64,000 nucleotides of DNA, taken from NCBI RefSeq assembly GCF_036971445.1, contig NC_091476.1, forward strand, positions 12,586,001 to 12,650,000. Direction: 5' to 3'. Shown here piece by piece: positions 62,927 through 64,000 of this stretch (position 1 is the first letter of the stretch; every line of letters starts with the position of its first letter). The position numbers and the translations under genes were made by a program. The notes beneath the pieces were generated by a model. That model saw nothing but the letters and a program-made list of their open reading frames with translations. It was not told the DNA's origin and ran no database searches. This DNA is from Narcine bancroftii. Lineage: Eukaryota.

Positions 62927-63814
62927 AGCTCTACATCTGCACAACCATTACAAAGGATCTTGTTGCACATTAAGATGGCAGGTTGCAAAGGCCAGTGGAC
63001 ATTTTCTTGAGCAGCTTGTTGAACTTTAATGGCGGGAGGGGGGAGGGGAGAGAAGATATGCATTTCACATTTTGGAGGCATGAACACAGTTGATCAGTTC
63101 TTGCGATCTGCTTTGTTGTTAGGGATTCATGAGTTTTGGTATGTGCTTTGTTGGTGCAAGGTGCTTTGATATTAAGGATGAGATTGAAATTCAGTTTTGT
63201 AGCAGCCATTCATGAGAGCTCTAACACTTCAGTGAGAAAGTTGATGTGCCTTGATCTTTGTGCTATTTCTTTTTGTTGTATTTGGAAAAGAACATTGATA
63301 GAAATAACTGGGTGTGTATCGTGATGCATTGTGTTCATTAAGTATACTTTTTGATGGAAGTAGGTTGTACAAAAGTTGATTTGCTGATACTTTATTACTG
63401 ATGCTGTATCTTGAATTAATCAGTTTTGGAGGGCTGCAGAAGGTGGTAAACCTTGCCAAATTCATCATGACCACCAATCTCTCATCCATCTGAAAACGTC
63501 TACGTGCTGCTTCAAGAGAGTTGCCAACATCACAAAGCACCCACAATTTCTTCTCAGAGCTCCAGTCAGACAAAGTAGAGGAGAAGCTTGAAATGTAATT
63601 CTTTCTGGTTTAAAAACTTTTGATCTAACAGCCAACTGCCATTTGAACTATCTGTGATAATTGAACCCAAATCATGAACTACCCCAGGATCAACAAGTAA
63701 TTTGTCTGCACTTTTAAAATATCAATTTTTTTTCATGCACTCTCCATTAGTGAACATTTATTTATTGAATCTTTATTCTCATTTTCTAGCCTGCATGTAA
63801 GTTAAATTTTTATT

Positions 63815-63968
63815 GTGGTAGTGCAGGGCATTAATCATCCTAGTGCCCAAGAAGAGCAGACTGAGTGGTTCAATGACCATGACCCAGAAGCACTCGCATC
63901 TTCTGTGATGAAATGCTTTGAGAGGTTGGTCATGGCCAGAATCTGGACCCACTACAATTCATCTACTG
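63815..63968 (+). mobile_element. Rex1/Babar-type LINE fragment
   Basis: Reads IILVPKKS..FNDHDPEALASSVMKCFERLVM, the same RT region as at 41545-41898. Confidence 0.65.
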
Positions 63969-64000
63969 CAGGGGTGTCAAACTCAAATTCACGGAGGGCC
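63969..64000 (+). mobile_element. Start of a hAT-type DNA transposon, cut by the window edge
   Basis: CAGGGGTGTCAAACTCA is a typical hAT terminus and abruptly interrupts the LINE fragment. Confidence 0.6.

Noticed and set aside
60925-63087. Three long minus-strand ORFs (638-720 aa) as protein-coding genes
   Set aside because: Fully explained by a stop-free 25-bp repeat unit; same peptide in all frames; no domain or exon structure.
49050-64000. STAG2 coding exons
   Set aside because: The recalled N-terminus (MIAAPEIPTDF) was not found; isolated donor-like sites near 49292 and 57409 cannot be supported as exons.

Overview
Eukaryotic, intron-rich vertebrate DNA. The repeat content (CR1-type LINE tails, Rex1/Babar fragments, tRNA-type SINEs) suggests a cartilaginous fish; this is inference. 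The window holds three genes. (1) The first coding exon of THOC2 (minus strand, 1216-1280, in a CpG island). (2) A complete XIAP gene on the plus strand: three BIR domains, UBA and RING, six coding exons over 11541-28565, about 493 aa, with a probable promoter near 5450-6000. (3) A CpG island at about 47600-49000 that THOC2-XIAP-STAG2 synteny suggests is the STAG2 promoter; no STAG2 coding exon was recognised. The rest is mostly transposon sequence. Most notable: two near-identical 476-bp solo LTRs in inverted orientation bracketing the XIAP promoter; an RTE LINE with an unbroken ORF nested in a third solo LTR; a Myb-only Harbinger element; three perfect 24-26 bp minisatellites (one of about 78 copies, causing the spurious 638-720 aa ORFs); and weak traces of a decayed WD40-repeat gene between XIAP and the second CpG island. 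No prokaryote-type system such as CRISPR is present. All comparisons to known proteins are from memory, not database searches.
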